Shown: positions 1-9,750 of the stretch, piece after piece
Layout: each line of letters begins with the position of its first letter
How positions within the stretch are numbered: the first letter of the stretch is position 1
Source of the DNA: Candidatus Bathyarchaeota archaeon
GTDB taxonomy: Archaea; Thermoproteota; Bathyarchaeia; Bathyarchaeales; Bathycorpusculaceae
DNA length: 64,000 nucleotides
Assembly: GCA_963767735.1 (NCBI GenBank)
Contig: CAVYES010000004.1
Span: 160,001 to 224,000 of the forward strand
Direction of reading: 5' to 3'
Program-made: the position numbers and the translations under genes
The notes under the pieces: generated by a model
The model's input: only the letters and a program-made list of their open reading frames with translations
The model's database searches: none
Told to the model about the DNA's origin: nothing

Positions 1-13
1 TGTCCTTGCGACA

Positions 14-1084
14 TTATGCTTCCTCCTCTTCTGCAGGCTGTGTTAGATCTGCAGTTAAGCCGCCCATACGCTTCGCAGCTGCAGCCAATTCAAGGCCTGC
101 ACTTCTCAGATTGCCTTTTTTAGCGAAAATGTTGTTTAATCGTTGAGCATCATCAATTGGCAAAGATGCGTTGAAGTTTCCCACTTGCCCTTTGCCTGTG
201 GGCTTAGGCTTAGGTATCGCTGCCGCCACTGCGGCTTTAACGTCCGATTCCACTTTTGCCTCAAGTTTCTTAGTTGACTCCGCAATTGCCGCTTTGCAAG
301 CATCCATAATTTGTGTTGTGTTCTTTGTCAATGCGTCTTCAAATTGTTGATAGGTCAATTCTGTGCCTGCTTTGGCTGGAGCTTCTGGTGCTACTGGTGC
401 TTCTACTGGTTTTTCTGCACTCATTTTTTGGTTTTCTCCTGTTTTGTTTAGTTGGTTTAGTCCGTGATAGTCGGACTGTACCTGTGACTTCAGCGACTTG
501 ATGCCGCATGGACACTTCGCCTTATCCGCGCATTCGCATACAGAAGCGACCAGTGCTTTGCGCTGCGATTCATCCATAGCCGCGGCGAACCCTTTCAAAT
601 GAAAAATGTTATTTTCATACGCGCCCTCAGCAACGATGCTCAGCTCGACGCAACGGGGTTTATGCACGATCTCCCAAGCACCTGCGCACAAGTGAACCAT
701 TGCCATGTTAGCATCCCGCGTCTTGCCCTGGCACAAACTACAAACAATATCATCCGAGACAACTTTGGGGCTAACCACACGCAAATACTTCTTTTCAATC
801 TGAGTCAAAAGCACTGGGTCACCGGATACTTCGGCCTCAAAAAAGACGATATCGCCCAAACGCTTAGTCTTAGTAACTAAACCCTTAATTGCTTCAATTT
901 TTTCGTCGTGATTAATCCGAACCTGTGCATCCTTAAGAGTAGAAGCGAAATAATCCAGGTCTTCATCCGGAACTTGCCAACGATTCTTGTTAACTGATGA
1001 ATCAATTGCCTGGCCTTCAATGATGCCTGTTTTCCTTAAGTCATCAAGGCTAGCTTTAACGTCAACGTCATAGAGCAATTCCAA
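14..1084 (-). CDS. HK97-type prohead protease / scaffold fusion
   Basis: His (RINH) and Ser (ELSIVAEGAY) motifs of Caudoviricetes maturation proteases, a CxxC..H insert, an Ala/Lys-rich helical C-terminus, and position downstream of portal and MuF. The next gene starts by TAATG coupling at 14-12. Confidence 0.75.
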   Translation of the reverse strand: MELLYDVDVKASLDDLRKTGIIEGQAIDSSVNKNRWQVPDEDLDYFASTLKDAQVRINHDEKIEAIKGLVTKTKRLGDIVFFEAEVSGDPVLLTQIEKKYLRVVSPKVVSDDIVCSLCQGKTRDANMAMVHLCAGAWEIVHKPRCVELSIVAEGAYENNIFHLKGFAAAMDESQRKALVASVCECADKAKCPCGIKSLKSQVQSDYHGLNQLNKTGENQKMSAEKPVEAPVAPEAPAKAGTELTYQQFEDALTKNTTQIMDACKAAIAESTKKLEAKVESDVKAAVAAAIPKPKPTGKGQVGNFNASLPIDDAQRLNNIFAKKGNLRSAGLELAAAAKRMGGLTADLTQPAEEEEA

Positions 1085-1109
1085 GTTTGATTCGCCACAC
1101 TAATTTTCT

Positions 1110-1424
1110 TTAACTTTTTTGATAATCCGACTGCTTGACACAATAGCACAAGCAGTTTGGGTGAACGTTGCAGGCGAAAGTGTCATCGGCTACAAAGACT
1201 CCGTATGGAAAAATATCCAGCAAATCGTCAGGGTCCTCAAGCTCGTATGTGTCGCCGCTATAATCGTCGCATTTTTTGCAAGTGTTAGGATTGCCTGAGT
1301 TAACGAACAGCCATGTTGAAAATTTTATGTTAGGATCCACAACAGCGGCTTGGAAGCTTTTAACTGCCATAATCGCGTTAACTACGTTCGGATACATCTC
1401 CAGCATGAGCCTTCCGTTTTTCAC
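1110..1424 (-). CDS. Short MuF/gp7-like minor head morphogenesis protein
   Basis: TCxxC...HPNCxC motif typical of the MuF C-terminus; lies between portal and protease. Confidence 0.65.
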   Translation of the reverse strand: MKNGRLMLEMYPNVVNAIMAVKSFQAAVVDPNIKFSTWLFVNSGNPNTCKKCDDYSGDTYELEDPDDLLDIFPYGVFVADDTFACNVHPNCLCYCVKQSDYQKS

Positions 1425-1515
1425 AATTTGATGCCTTGGTTAAGAAACTTTGACTAAACTTGGTCAAGAAACTTTTACGAATAGACTTTTATCGCTAACT
1501 ATTTAATTATTATTT

Positions 1516-2982
1516 ATGCGTAAAATAAGCAGAAATATTTCATGGAGCCTCTTATTGCCATTAGTCATGCTGAGCCTAATTAGTCCGATGCCGAAAGTGA
1601 TGGCTCAAAGTGGCACAAACGTGAGCTATATAATCAGCACAGATACTACTTGGACCCAGGGAAACAGTCCATACAATTTTACAGGAAATGTCCTTATCCC
1701 CACTGGCGTTACCTTAACAATAGGCAATGGTGCCACCGTTGACCTCAACAGCTATTACCTAGAAGTTAACGGTACACTAATTATTCAACCAGGTGCAACC
1801 ATTAACATTGGGCTCATAGGAGATGGCATAGATGTTTATGGCACTATGTCCACCGAAGGCACAAGCGCAAATCCAATTCAAATAATTGGCAGCGTGCAAG
1901 GTCACATTTCTTTTGACGCCTATTCCGCTGTTTGGTTCTATTCCACCAGTACTAGCTGGGACCCACAGACAAACTCCGGCTCCCTCATAGAGAACACCAT
2001 TTTTAGCCAGACAGGATTGGAAGTGCAGAGCGGAACAAGAATTATTAACAGCACTTTCCTAAGTGGAGGATTAACGGTAGAAAGCGCCTCACCCACAATC
2101 GTAAACAATGACATTACAAATGGTCTGAGCGTTATTCAAAACCCTAACATCCCAAACAACGCCACTGCAATACAGCCTGAAATTTCAAACAATACCATTG
2201 CCGGAGGCCTCTATCTCGACGCAGGCGGCGGGGTAGTAAACGACAACACTATCACCGGCGGAAGCAGTGGCGCGTTGTTTTTAAGCGACGAGTACGGAGA
2301 CCCTGTTTCCACCGTTGTCCTCCGAAATCTTATAAACAACAGTCCTATCGGAATTTCTTGCTACATACAAAGCTCCTACAACAATGAAGCAATTATCGAG
2401 AACAATACAGTCACCAATAATACGGTAGGCGTTCAGATAGGAAGCACAAACGTGTCATCCATAATTAACAATAACATTTACGGAAATTCATACAACGCAA
2501 AACTCTCTGGAGTATCATCACAAATTAGTTTACCGAATAATTGGTGGGGAACTACCGATGTTCAAGCAATCAACCAAACAATGTACGACTTCAAATACGA
2601 CTTCACGCTTGGCACAATAAACTTTTTACCCATTTTAACCGCCTCAAATCCCCAAGCCCTACCTAACCCGACTGCACCAACAACAACACCTGCTCCCACT
2701 TCAAGCCCGACACCGGCCCCAGCAACACCAACTCCGACGCCAACCCAAGCACCAACACCTTTGCAGACAGCAACTTCGATCCCAACATCAACATCAACCC
2801 CAAGTTCTACGCAATCCCCAACTTCAACACCTGCAGTTCCAGAGTTTCCATCATTAATTGTAATTCTGACGTTATTGATTGCAGTATCCATATCCTTTGC
2901 AGTTATGGTGTTAAGGCAGTCAAGACAGAGCTCGCACAAGATACGAAGCCCCATTACCCGCCTTAACCAATTTCAAAGGTAA
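1516..2982 (+). CDS. Secreted right-handed beta-helix surface glycoprotein with Pro/Thr linker and PEF-CTERM anchor
   Basis: Signal peptide, Asn/Ile-rich (I.NN.I) repeats, NNWWG motif, PT-rich linker, then VPEFP + TM helix + basic tail. Confidence 0.8.
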   Translation: MRKISRNISWSLLLPLVMLSLISPMPKVMAQSGTNVSYIISTDTTWTQGNSPYNFTGNVLIPTGVTLTIGNGATVDLNSYYLEVNGTLIIQPGATINIGLIGDGIDVYGTMSTEGTSANPIQIIGSVQGHISFDAYSAVWFYSTSTSWDPQTNSGSLIENTIFSQTGLEVQSGTRIINSTFLSGGLTVESASPTIVNNDITNGLSVIQNPNIPNNATAIQPEISNNTIAGGLYLDAGGGVVNDNTITGGSSGALFLSDEYGDPVSTVVLRNLINNSPIGISCYIQSSYNNEAIIENNTVTNNTVGVQIGSTNVSSIINNNIYGNSYNAKLSGVSSQISLPNNWWGTTDVQAINQTMYDFKYDFTLGTINFLPILTASNPQALPNPTAPTTTPAPTSSPTPAPATPTPTPTQAPTPLQTATSIPTSTSTPSSTQSPTSTPAVPEFPSLIVILTLLIAVSISFAVMVLRQSRQSSHKIRSPITRLNQFQR

Positions 2983-4386
2983 CTTACCTGGAACTTTTTG
3001 CGGTTCTTTCGGTACATCAAAACGGTTAAGCGAATCATCCTGGCCTTGCGGAGGTTCTTGTGGCGTCGTTGGCTGCTGAGGCTGAGACTTCAAGTTGCCC
3101 TTAATCGTTTCTGACATACCGAGTTCAGCACGGGCTTCCACGTCGCCCATCAACATGTTATTGTACAAGTCGATAACACGTGACATCTTGATGTCCGTTG
3201 GAGGCTCCCAAATTGGCTTCCACTTAATCTTAGGAATCTTATCGGGGACAATCAGGCTGTCTGGGAAGTCTCCGCGTAAAATCAGTGGGAACAGTTGTGT
3301 TTCATAAACGCCACTCCGGTGCTTTTGGCGCATGCGCAGCCGAGTGACGAATTCTTGCATAACAATATCGGCAGTGGCACGGTTTGCGCCCTCGCTTTCT
3401 CCGAGAAAAATCTTGGGAACTCCAAGCTGAGAATCCCTTTGGCGTTCCAGATATTCAATCCACCACTCAGCCTTCAAGTCCTTAGTCATTGAGGCCTGCG
3501 GGTTGACCTTGACGTCTCCTCTTACCGTCAGATCGGTGCCTTGATCACGTATAGCAACTTCAGTGGAGAGCGCTTGGATACGTTCGTCACTCCAAGGCAA
3601 AGGCTCACCGGGGCGACCATCTCCGCCGCATTGGAGCACAAGCATGGGCTTGGTGTAAATCTTCATGATTTTAGCCATGTCAACTTGAAAATCATCAATC
3701 AATGCTTGAACATGCAAAATGGATCGCAAAGAAGAAGTACCATAAGCATTTTCAAACTGCCAAGACTTAACCCCGTTTAAAGTCCGATAAATTTCTTCAG
3801 GATCAAAAACAACAGGCGGGTAAGAACTAAGCTGCACATAGCCAAAAATGTTCTTGTAGCAATCCTGCCGCACACGCATATAGCACGGATCAAGCGTTTT
3901 CAGCCACTCGACACGACTTGAATCCTCATCCATACAGGGCTCGGTATAACTGGTGCCAAACACTAGCGCGTCAGTTTCTTCACTGCGCATAGTGGAAAGT
4001 AAATCATGCGACTCAATCCACTCCTCCAAAAAATTCCTAAAAGTTGACGTGCCCCCTTCAAGAACTAGACCGTTTGAAATTTCAAGATTTACCTTAACAT
4101 CAACTGAAGATTGGATACGAGGAACAAACGAGTACAAGGCCTTATATTTTGGCAAATCCTCGACCGGATTAACTCCCCAAATGCGGTCCCAAATAGACGT
4201 ATACGGACTGCTGACAAAGCCTATGCCAGCCGCTTTCAAACTATAATTATTAACATACTGCATCAAGCTCCAGTCGCCACGCCAGGCAACAGGAACCTCA
4301 CGCTCACGCTGCTCTACAGCTACCTCATTAGGTACATTACGCAGGGAATTGGGCATCGTTAACGACAAATCTTTCCTTAGCGGCAA
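2920..4386 (-). CDS. Phage portal protein
   Basis: 488 aa directly after terminase; portal-like motifs (ALVFGTSY, KTLDP, YGTSSL, LGVPKIFLG..ANRATA). Confidence 0.85.
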   Translation of the reverse strand: MPLRKDLSLTMPNSLRNVPNEVAVEQREREVPVAWRGDWSLMQYVNNYSLKAAGIGFVSSPYTSIWDRIWGVNPVEDLPKYKALYSFVPRIQSSVDVKVNLEISNGLVLEGGTSTFRNFLEEWIESHDLLSTMRSEETDALVFGTSYTEPCMDEDSSRVEWLKTLDPCYMRVRQDCYKNIFGYVQLSSYPPVVFDPEEIYRTLNGVKSWQFENAYGTSSLRSILHVQALIDDFQVDMAKIMKIYTKPMLVLQCGGDGRPGEPLPWSDERIQALSTEVAIRDQGTDLTVRGDVKVNPQASMTKDLKAEWWIEYLERQRDSQLGVPKIFLGESEGANRATADIVMQEFVTRLRMRQKHRSGVYETQLFPLILRGDFPDSLIVPDKIPKIKWKPIWEPPTDIKMSRVIDLYNNMLMGDVEARAELGMSETIKGNLKSQPQQPTTPQEPPQGQDDSLNRFDVPKEPQKVPGKLPLKLVKAGNGASYLVRALS

Positions 4387-4398
4387 CGGCGGTTTCCC

Positions 4399-4605
4399 CT
4401 ACGATTTTTTCTCCTCTGTTTTCTTTTCAACTTTGTTTTCTTCAATGTCAGCTGTTATTTGTAGTTCATCCAAAACAACATCCCGCATTAGGTCTACGCC
4501 GTTGATTTTCAGATGCAGCATGCCCATACGCACATTGGCAACTTCAATCCCAAGAACCCGAACAACTTCATCACGGGCACTTGCAAACAGCAAAGTTTTT
4601 TCCAT
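4399..4605 (-). CDS. Small hypothetical viral protein
   Basis: 68-aa ORF translationally coupled to terminase, between terL and portal. Confidence 0.55.
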   Translation of the reverse strand: MEKTLLFASARDEVVRVLGIEVANVRMGMLHLKINGVDLMRDVVLDELQITADIEENKVEKKTEEKKS

Positions 4606-6035
4606 TAATCTTCACTTTCAAACGTTTTTTTCTTTATCACTGCCATGCCGACTCCTGGAATAGGTAACGGCGACTTTACAGAACATAGAACAGCCAACGA
4701 AGTGCTCCAGAAAACATCATCGTGCCCTCCTTCGGGATGACTAAAGCGCAAATGTCCTGTCTTCATGAGTTCAAACTTTTCAATATTCAATTCCGCTGTA
4801 AGATCAATATCGGCTATTTTTCTCGTCGGAACATATGGGATCTTTACTTCGCCATTGCGCATCTTTTCTCTTAGAATCGTCGCCATCTCTTCTTTAGAAT
4901 TGATTGTGAAATTTACCCCAGTTACGCCTTGGATCCCGCTGCGAACCATATCTTCAACAATATAGTTTCCAACTCCTGTGACGTCGGCACGCACTGCTCG
5001 AACTATTTTCCAGCGATCTTGCAGGCTCCTGATATAACCTATGACGCTTGCATACTCGGTATGCAACGGAAAGCGATGAACATGAACCACTCTCAGCATT
5101 GACCCTTGCTTCTCAACCACCAACACAACACTGAAATCATGTTCCTTGCCAAAATCAACACCCACATAAAACTCGCCATTCGGTTGGGCTTGAAAATCAT
5201 AAAATGCAAGTTGACCATCAATGCAACTGACGATAAGGCTCTGTGTTAACCATGCATCAATATCCTCGACGAATTCAGACATGAACTCCCGCTGAAAACG
5301 CTCAAATGGCAACTGGCTTCGCATCTCATCGATAAAACTCTGCTTAACCAAACCACTCCGGACAACATCCTCGCATGTTACAGTGTGCTTGCTGAATTCT
5401 GGCGCTTGGCACATACGGTAGAAAACACTGTCTTTACTCCATGGAGTGCTACTAGCAATTAAGGTGCCATCGGTAGTTGACAGCATAGGGTAGAGTACGT
5501 TGTAGAAGACCAGTCTATCATCTTTAAAGAATCCTGATTCATCAGTGATAACTTGGGACGCTGTGTAGCCACGAAGCAACTGGGGACTATTAGGCAAAGC
5601 AACAATACGACTTCCATTCTTAAAACGGATTGTTGTACGTTGCATCCTATCAACAAGCTCCACGCTTTTACATTTTGATAAGCTTGAAAGAAAGTCTTGA
5701 ATGCGATCACTCATAATCATGCTCTGTCGCAACGTTGGCGCAACAATTAGAGTTACCGTTTTAGGATACTTGCATGCAAACCAGATAGCCCTCAAAGCTA
5801 TACATGTGGTTTTTCCAGCTTGTCTACTCCAACGAACAACAATGCGCTTACTCGTGTCCCGGAGGAGCCCAGCTTGGTACACCTTTGGGTCGAAACCAAA
5901 GAAGGCTTGCGCAAAAGCAACAGGATCATCGGGAATCACTAATTCTTTCGGAAGCTGTTTTGCTCCTTCCAGGTTTTTCTTCCTCAACTCGATCATCCTT
6001 TCTACATTGTTCAGTTTGGAACTCACCGATCTCAT
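4605..6035 (-). CDS. terL: Terminase large subunit
   Basis: Walker A-like SRQAGKT, Walker B ITDES, STP motif III, RNase H-like nuclease (GVDFG...D, HDD). Confidence 0.95.
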   Translation of the reverse strand: MRSVSSKLNNVERMIELRKKNLEGAKQLPKELVIPDDPVAFAQAFFGFDPKVYQAGLLRDTSKRIVVRWSRQAGKTTCIALRAIWFACKYPKTVTLIVAPTLRQSMIMSDRIQDFLSSLSKCKSVELVDRMQRTTIRFKNGSRIVALPNSPQLLRGYTASQVITDESGFFKDDRLVFYNVLYPMLSTTDGTLIASSTPWSKDSVFYRMCQAPEFSKHTVTCEDVVRSGLVKQSFIDEMRSQLPFERFQREFMSEFVEDIDAWLTQSLIVSCIDGQLAFYDFQAQPNGEFYVGVDFGKEHDFSVVLVVEKQGSMLRVVHVHRFPLHTEYASVIGYIRSLQDRWKIVRAVRADVTGVGNYIVEDMVRSGIQGVTGVNFTINSKEEMATILREKMRNGEVKIPYVPTRKIADIDLTAELNIEKFELMKTGHLRFSHPEGGHDDVFWSTSLAVLCSVKSPLPIPGVGMAVIKKKTFESED

Positions 6036-6354
6036 CGACTAGTCGCTCCAACTTCGCTAAATCCTCATTAAACTGGCGTTCATCAAATCCTTTTGCCAAG
6101 TTACCCATTGCCAAAGCAACATGGGCGGCTACATGACCCCACATCTGCCGCTGTTGTAAGTGAATCGGTTTCTCATCTTCGCCGATTTTTTGTTCGACTG
6201 GCTCACCTTTTGCGATGGAACTGGCCAACGTAAATAATGCTTCCAACTGATCCATTGTTCTCTTTCTAAGTTGCTGGGTATTATAGTCCACTTCTCTATG
6301 GAGAAAAAAAATACGTCTTTCAACCAAAACTGTGTAGCTTGGTTTGTGTCTCAT
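5926..6354 (-). CDS. Helical protein, candidate terminase small subunit
   Basis: Immediately upstream of and overlapping terL; size and helical character only. Confidence 0.45.
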   Translation of the reverse strand: MRHKPSYTVLVERRIFFLHREVDYNTQQLRKRTMDQLEALFTLASSIAKGEPVEQKIGEDEKPIHLQQRQMWGHVAAHVALAMGNLAKGFDERQFNEDLAKLERLVDEIGEFQTEQCRKDDRVEEEKPGRSKTASERISDSR

Positions 6355-6355
6355 T

Positions 6356-6676
6356 TTACTCCTCCAAAATTTTTGTTCGGCTTATTAACTTGACTTCACT
6401 AGGGTTTTCTTCTATTTGTAAACTTCCTCTTCCGTATGAATCAATTAGCACTTCGCCTTTTTCAACATCAGGCACAAGATGAACCTCAATAGGATCTTTA
6501 AACTGCCCTAACACTTCTAAACGAGTAGTTCGGGAGATAACTTCAGCTAATTTCTTATCATGGAAACTGTCATGAAGGATAATTTTCCGTATTTTTGCAG
6601 CCTGCACTTTCAAAATATTTTTCTTATGCATAATATCCCCTATGGGCCACTCTTTAGGCGGCGAGGTGAAACCCAA
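6356..6676 (-). CDS. Hypothetical protein
   Basis: ORF abutting the putative terS; start uncertain. Confidence 0.45.
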   Translation of the reverse strand: MGFTSPPKEWPIGDIMHKKNILKVQAAKIRKIILHDSFHDKKLAEVISRTTRLEVLGQFKDPIEVHLVPDVEKGEVLIDSYGRGSLQIEENPSEVKLISRTKILEE

Positions 6677-6861
6677 GGACGCTTTAACAAGCGTGCCTTA
6701 AGCTCCATCTCTCTCTATATTGTTAAAAGTTAAAGGAATTCTGGCACACCCAAAGTACAGTGGACGTAACGGGCAGTAACGAAGTGCACTATACTTTATT
6801 ACACTTCTGAAAGTTATGTGTTAAAAAAGGGACATATTGCCTCATTCTGGAAATAATAATT

Positions 6862-7434
6862 TCATGCGATTTTCTTTTCTGTGAGCATTTCAAAGAAAAG
6901 AGTCAACGTGGCCAGCTCAATTATCAATGTACTTTCATCTGCTTCTTTGACGAAAATGTCTAAGTCCAGCTGATTCAGGAATAGAGAGACATACGCTCTT
7001 GTAGTGGGTTGAAAGAGCGTAACTTGAATACCTTGTATAGCATGTTTAAAGCCTGCTTTTTCTAGGAAACCCTGTTTCTCCAGGGCTTTTACTCTGCGAT
7101 TGACATTGGTGTACTTAGTATTGGTCAATCCTTTCAGTTGCCTCACCGTTTTTGCTATATCGTAGATTGTCTGAGGACTATTTTGGGTTATGATAATCAG
7201 GATAGCATGATTTAATTTGGTTTCTCTTCCTTTGAAAACGCTAAGCTTTGCGTATTTGCTCTTCTTGCGAGACAAATTTTTGGTTTTTACTCCTTTTCTA
7301 AAAGTTATGTTTTGTGGGTTTAGGGGGTCGGTGTTTGCAGAACCTTGTACGGATTCTGACTTACAATTGCAGGAACCGGAGCTCTCACGAAGGACAGCGT
7401 TAGGAGACGAAACCTCTGATGTAAGTCCAACCAT
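6862..7434 (-). CDS. Winged-HTH DNA-binding protein
   Basis: TIYDIAK...YTNVNRRVKALEKQGFL wHTH pattern; paralog of 8160-8540. Confidence 0.7.
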   Translation of the reverse strand: MVGLTSEVSSPNAVLRESSGSCNCKSESVQGSANTDPLNPQNITFRKGVKTKNLSRKKSKYAKLSVFKGRETKLNHAILIIITQNSPQTIYDIAKTVRQLKGLTNTKYTNVNRRVKALEKQGFLEKAGFKHAIQGIQVTLFQPTTRAYVSLFLNQLDLDIFVKEADESTLIIELATLTLFFEMLTEKKIA

Positions 7435-7461
7435 TCCCTCCCATCCCTCTTAAACTGTCCA

Positions 7462-7824
7462 TTAGAGACTTATTGCCCTGTAGCATAGTGAAGAAAAGAG
7501 GACGATTTTGCCTTCCACGTAGCGCTTGTATAGTCCAGGGTGTTCTTCTCTGAATAATTCTTCAGCATTTTTGTTTTCAAATACAGGTAAAGCATAAGCG
7601 CCGATGTTGTCTAAGTCAAATTGGCAGAAGGGAACTCCGATCCTGTTAGTGCCATCAGCTAAAAAGAGGTAGCTAGTAACACCCGCTGACGGTTTGCCAC
7701 AGACAATGCAGGGCGTTCTGCCTTTCATGTATGGCCCCCTTTTGGCACGAGCCTTCGTTTTTGGAACTTGAGAAGTGTCAGTCATATAGTTGCCTCGGAG
7801 GCTATTTGAAAAATTCTTCATCAC
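7462..7824 (-). CDS. Small Cys-containing hypothetical protein (CxxC)
   Basis: CIVCGK motif; probable start at MTDTS. Confidence 0.5.
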   Translation of the reverse strand: MMKNFSNSLRGNYMTDTSQVPKTKARAKRGPYMKGRTPCIVCGKPSAGVTSYLFLADGTNRIGVPFCQFDLDNIGAYALPVFENKNAEELFREEHPGLYKRYVEGKIVLFSSLCYRAISL

Positions 7825-8089
7825 GGACGTGCTCGCTTATCTGGATGAAGCAGCGTTTTTTGCAGAAATCAAGGATCTTTAATAGCGTTGGGTCGTCGCC
7901 TGCATTGAATTCTTTCTTGAAGCCGACTCTTCCAGTTTGTACTCTTACCTCAATGGTTCCATCGTTGCCAAGGAGCTGGTAGAAACCAAGTTTTTCCCCA
8001 GCATATTCCGCGAGGACATCCCAGTCCTCAATTAAATTTACCAATTTGTTGTCACCTTCCATGACTTGCAGGCTAAGCATAAAAAGCAT
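7802..8089 (-). CDS. Hypothetical protein
   Basis: GGTGA SD before an internal TTG; co-oriented gene run. Confidence 0.55.
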   Translation of the reverse strand: MLFMLSLQVMEGDNKLVNLIEDWDVLAEYAGEKLGFYQLLGNDGTIEVRVQTGRVGFKKEFNAGDDPTLLKILDFCKKRCFIQISEHVRDEEFFK

Positions 8090-8159
8090 CTATCGCTGCA
8101 AAGCCATGATGGCTTTGTGAGGGGTTACAAAGCCACTATTTCTTTAAAAGACATATCTG

Positions 8160-8540
8160 CTATAACATGGAATCATTGAACTTGAGCAACTTCTCTTCAT
8201 TAGCAGTTAAGAGAAAATTTTCAATGTTTTTTTCGCCCACTCTTAAGGCTCCTATTCCTCTGAGGTTTATAGCATAGAGATCAGAAGGCCAGCCAGGCTT
8301 TGAGGGTCTCTGTCCCACTTTGCTTATCCAGCCTTGCTCTTGCAATGCATCCATGCGCCTGTAGACTGTGTTCTTGTCAGTGTGCTTGAATTCTGTGACG
8401 CGCCTTACCTCAAGGGCTACGTCATATTTTGTCAAGGGCTTTATTGAGCTGCAAAGGATCAGGAGTACTAGGCGGTTTAGCGGCCCTTCTTTGCCACTGA
8501 ACAATCGAAGCGGTGTACCTTTCTCCTTGTCCCACGCCAA
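8160..8540 (-). CDS. Winged-HTH DNA-binding protein
   Basis: LTKYDVA...TVYRRMDALQEQGWI wHTH pattern; shares an LF.G+E..LN N-terminal motif with 6862-7434. Confidence 0.7.
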   Translation of the reverse strand: MAWDKEKGTPLRLFSGKEGPLNRLVLLILCSSIKPLTKYDVALEVRRVTEFKHTDKNTVYRRMDALQEQGWISKVGQRPSKPGWPSDLYAINLRGIGALRVGEKNIENFLLTANEEKLLKFNDSML

Positions 8541-8644
8541 AGTTTTCTGCTCTCCCCTCGACTTTGGAAGGAAGAAGCAAGGCGCTGAAACCTGCTTATT
8601 ACATTAGTGCTGATTATTTTTTGCGTTTTGTTCGAGGGAAAATT

Positions 8645-8821
8645 TTTCTAGCGCTAGAAATGGCTTGGGCAAAATTCATTCTTTGAGGCTTTATAAAGTA
8701 AACTTGCTTTTTAATGGAGCAGGCTTAATTTGAAAGCGTTTTTTGCAGTGTTTTGTCGAGGGTTTTTTCGTCTTTTTCTAGCGCTAGAAACGTTTTAGCC
8801 AGCATATTTCTAGCGTAGAAA
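8645..8821. promoter_or_regulatory. Three palindromic operator-like sites TTTCTAGCGCTAGAAA
   Basis: Perfect 16-bp palindrome at 8645-8660 and 8775-8790; a 1-nt-deleted copy at 8807-8821; upstream of the wHTH gene. Confidence 0.7.
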
Positions 8822-8885
8822 AAACAGAAAGACTATTGAAATTCTGTTTGCGGGGGCGTTTTTTCAAAAACTATGTTTGTACGGA

Positions 8886-9152
8886 TCATTTGGTTGGCAG
8901 ACCTTGAGTTTTGTTTCTTCTGAAAGTTACATTGATTATTTCTTCTTCATCTGTTTCTTGTTCGTTCCATTCGACTTCAAAATCTTTTTTCGTCTTCGCT
9001 CCAACTTTGTTATGAAGCTTCACCGGAAAATTCACAGAGCAGATTCTATAGAGGTGATCCTTCCCCTTGTAACTTTTATTCATCCAGCGACTTTGAAACC
9101 TAACCATTTTACTCCTCCCAAACACGTCCATTTCGAAGCGACTCAAACACAA
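8886..9152 (-). CDS. Hypothetical protein
   Basis: Basic small ORF in a co-oriented run. Confidence 0.5.
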   Translation of the reverse strand: MCLSRFEMDVFGRSKMVRFQSRWMNKSYKGKDHLYRICSVNFPVKLHNKVGAKTKKDFEVEWNEQETDEEEIINVTFRRNKTQGLPTK

Positions 9153-9215
9153 GAAACAGTGTTCTTTCTGTTTAATTTTTTTTCATGAATTTTTATCAAA
9201 AAAACTTATCCTATG

Positions 9216-9470
9216 TCAAGCTTGCTTTTGTGATGTATCATTTGAAGTTTCTTTGTTTGCAATGTTTGAAGTTGGTGTAAAGATGACTATTATGCTCCCG
9301 TATTCTTCTTTGGCGTCCCAGTCGAAGTCTTGAGTGAAAATAGGCTTGAGCATTTTGCTACATTTTTTAGGAAAAACGAATTCTATTGCTTCAATATTAT
9401 CATCCCACTTTTTCTTGCCTCCTTCCTCAATAGGTTTCCTTACAGTTCTTTCAAGTATTACTGAAACCGT
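9216..9470 (-). CDS. Unlisted 84-aa ORF with ACG at the expected start position
   Basis: GGAGGTGA SD (9484-9477), 6 nt, then ACG GTT TCA..., open to TGA at 9216. Confidence 0.45.
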   Translation of the reverse strand, partial: TVSVILERTVRKPIEEGGKKKWDDNIEAIEFVFPKKCSKMLKPIFTQDFDWDAKEEYGSIIVIFTPTSNIANKETSNDTSQKQA

Positions 9471-9750
9471 GTTTGTTCACCTCCCCGCTTCTTTGCCACA
9501 ACAAATCTTTTAGCTGATATTCGAGCTGCTGAATTTTCTTCTGTTGAGATAGCAGTATGCATATGGCCATGGGTTCAAAGGTTATTGGGTTGCATGCGCA
9601 GCTGCCGGCAGATGCAAGATTTCTACACATATCCATCATCTCATCAAAAGCTGCTTTTTCTTCCTCGTTTGGCAGCGCATTGCGAAAGTTCTCCCAGTGG
9701 TGTATTTCGTCTTCCAATGCCATTCGATAAGAAGGCACAGTCTTACCCAT
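9451..9750 (-). CDS. Small helical protein of the MG(R/K)TxPS family (arCOG07300-like, usually PolB2-associated)
   Basis: N-terminal MGKTVPSYR motif recalled from that family. Confidence 0.6.
   Translation of the reverse strand: MGKTVPSYRMALEDEIHHWENFRNALPNEEEKAAFDEMMDMCRNLASAGSCACNPITFEPMAICILLSQQKKIQQLEYQLKDLLWQRSGEVNKHGFSNT

Noticed and set aside
2670-2835. Low-complexity ACC/CCA repeats
   Set aside because: Explained by the Pro/Thr linker of the surface protein.
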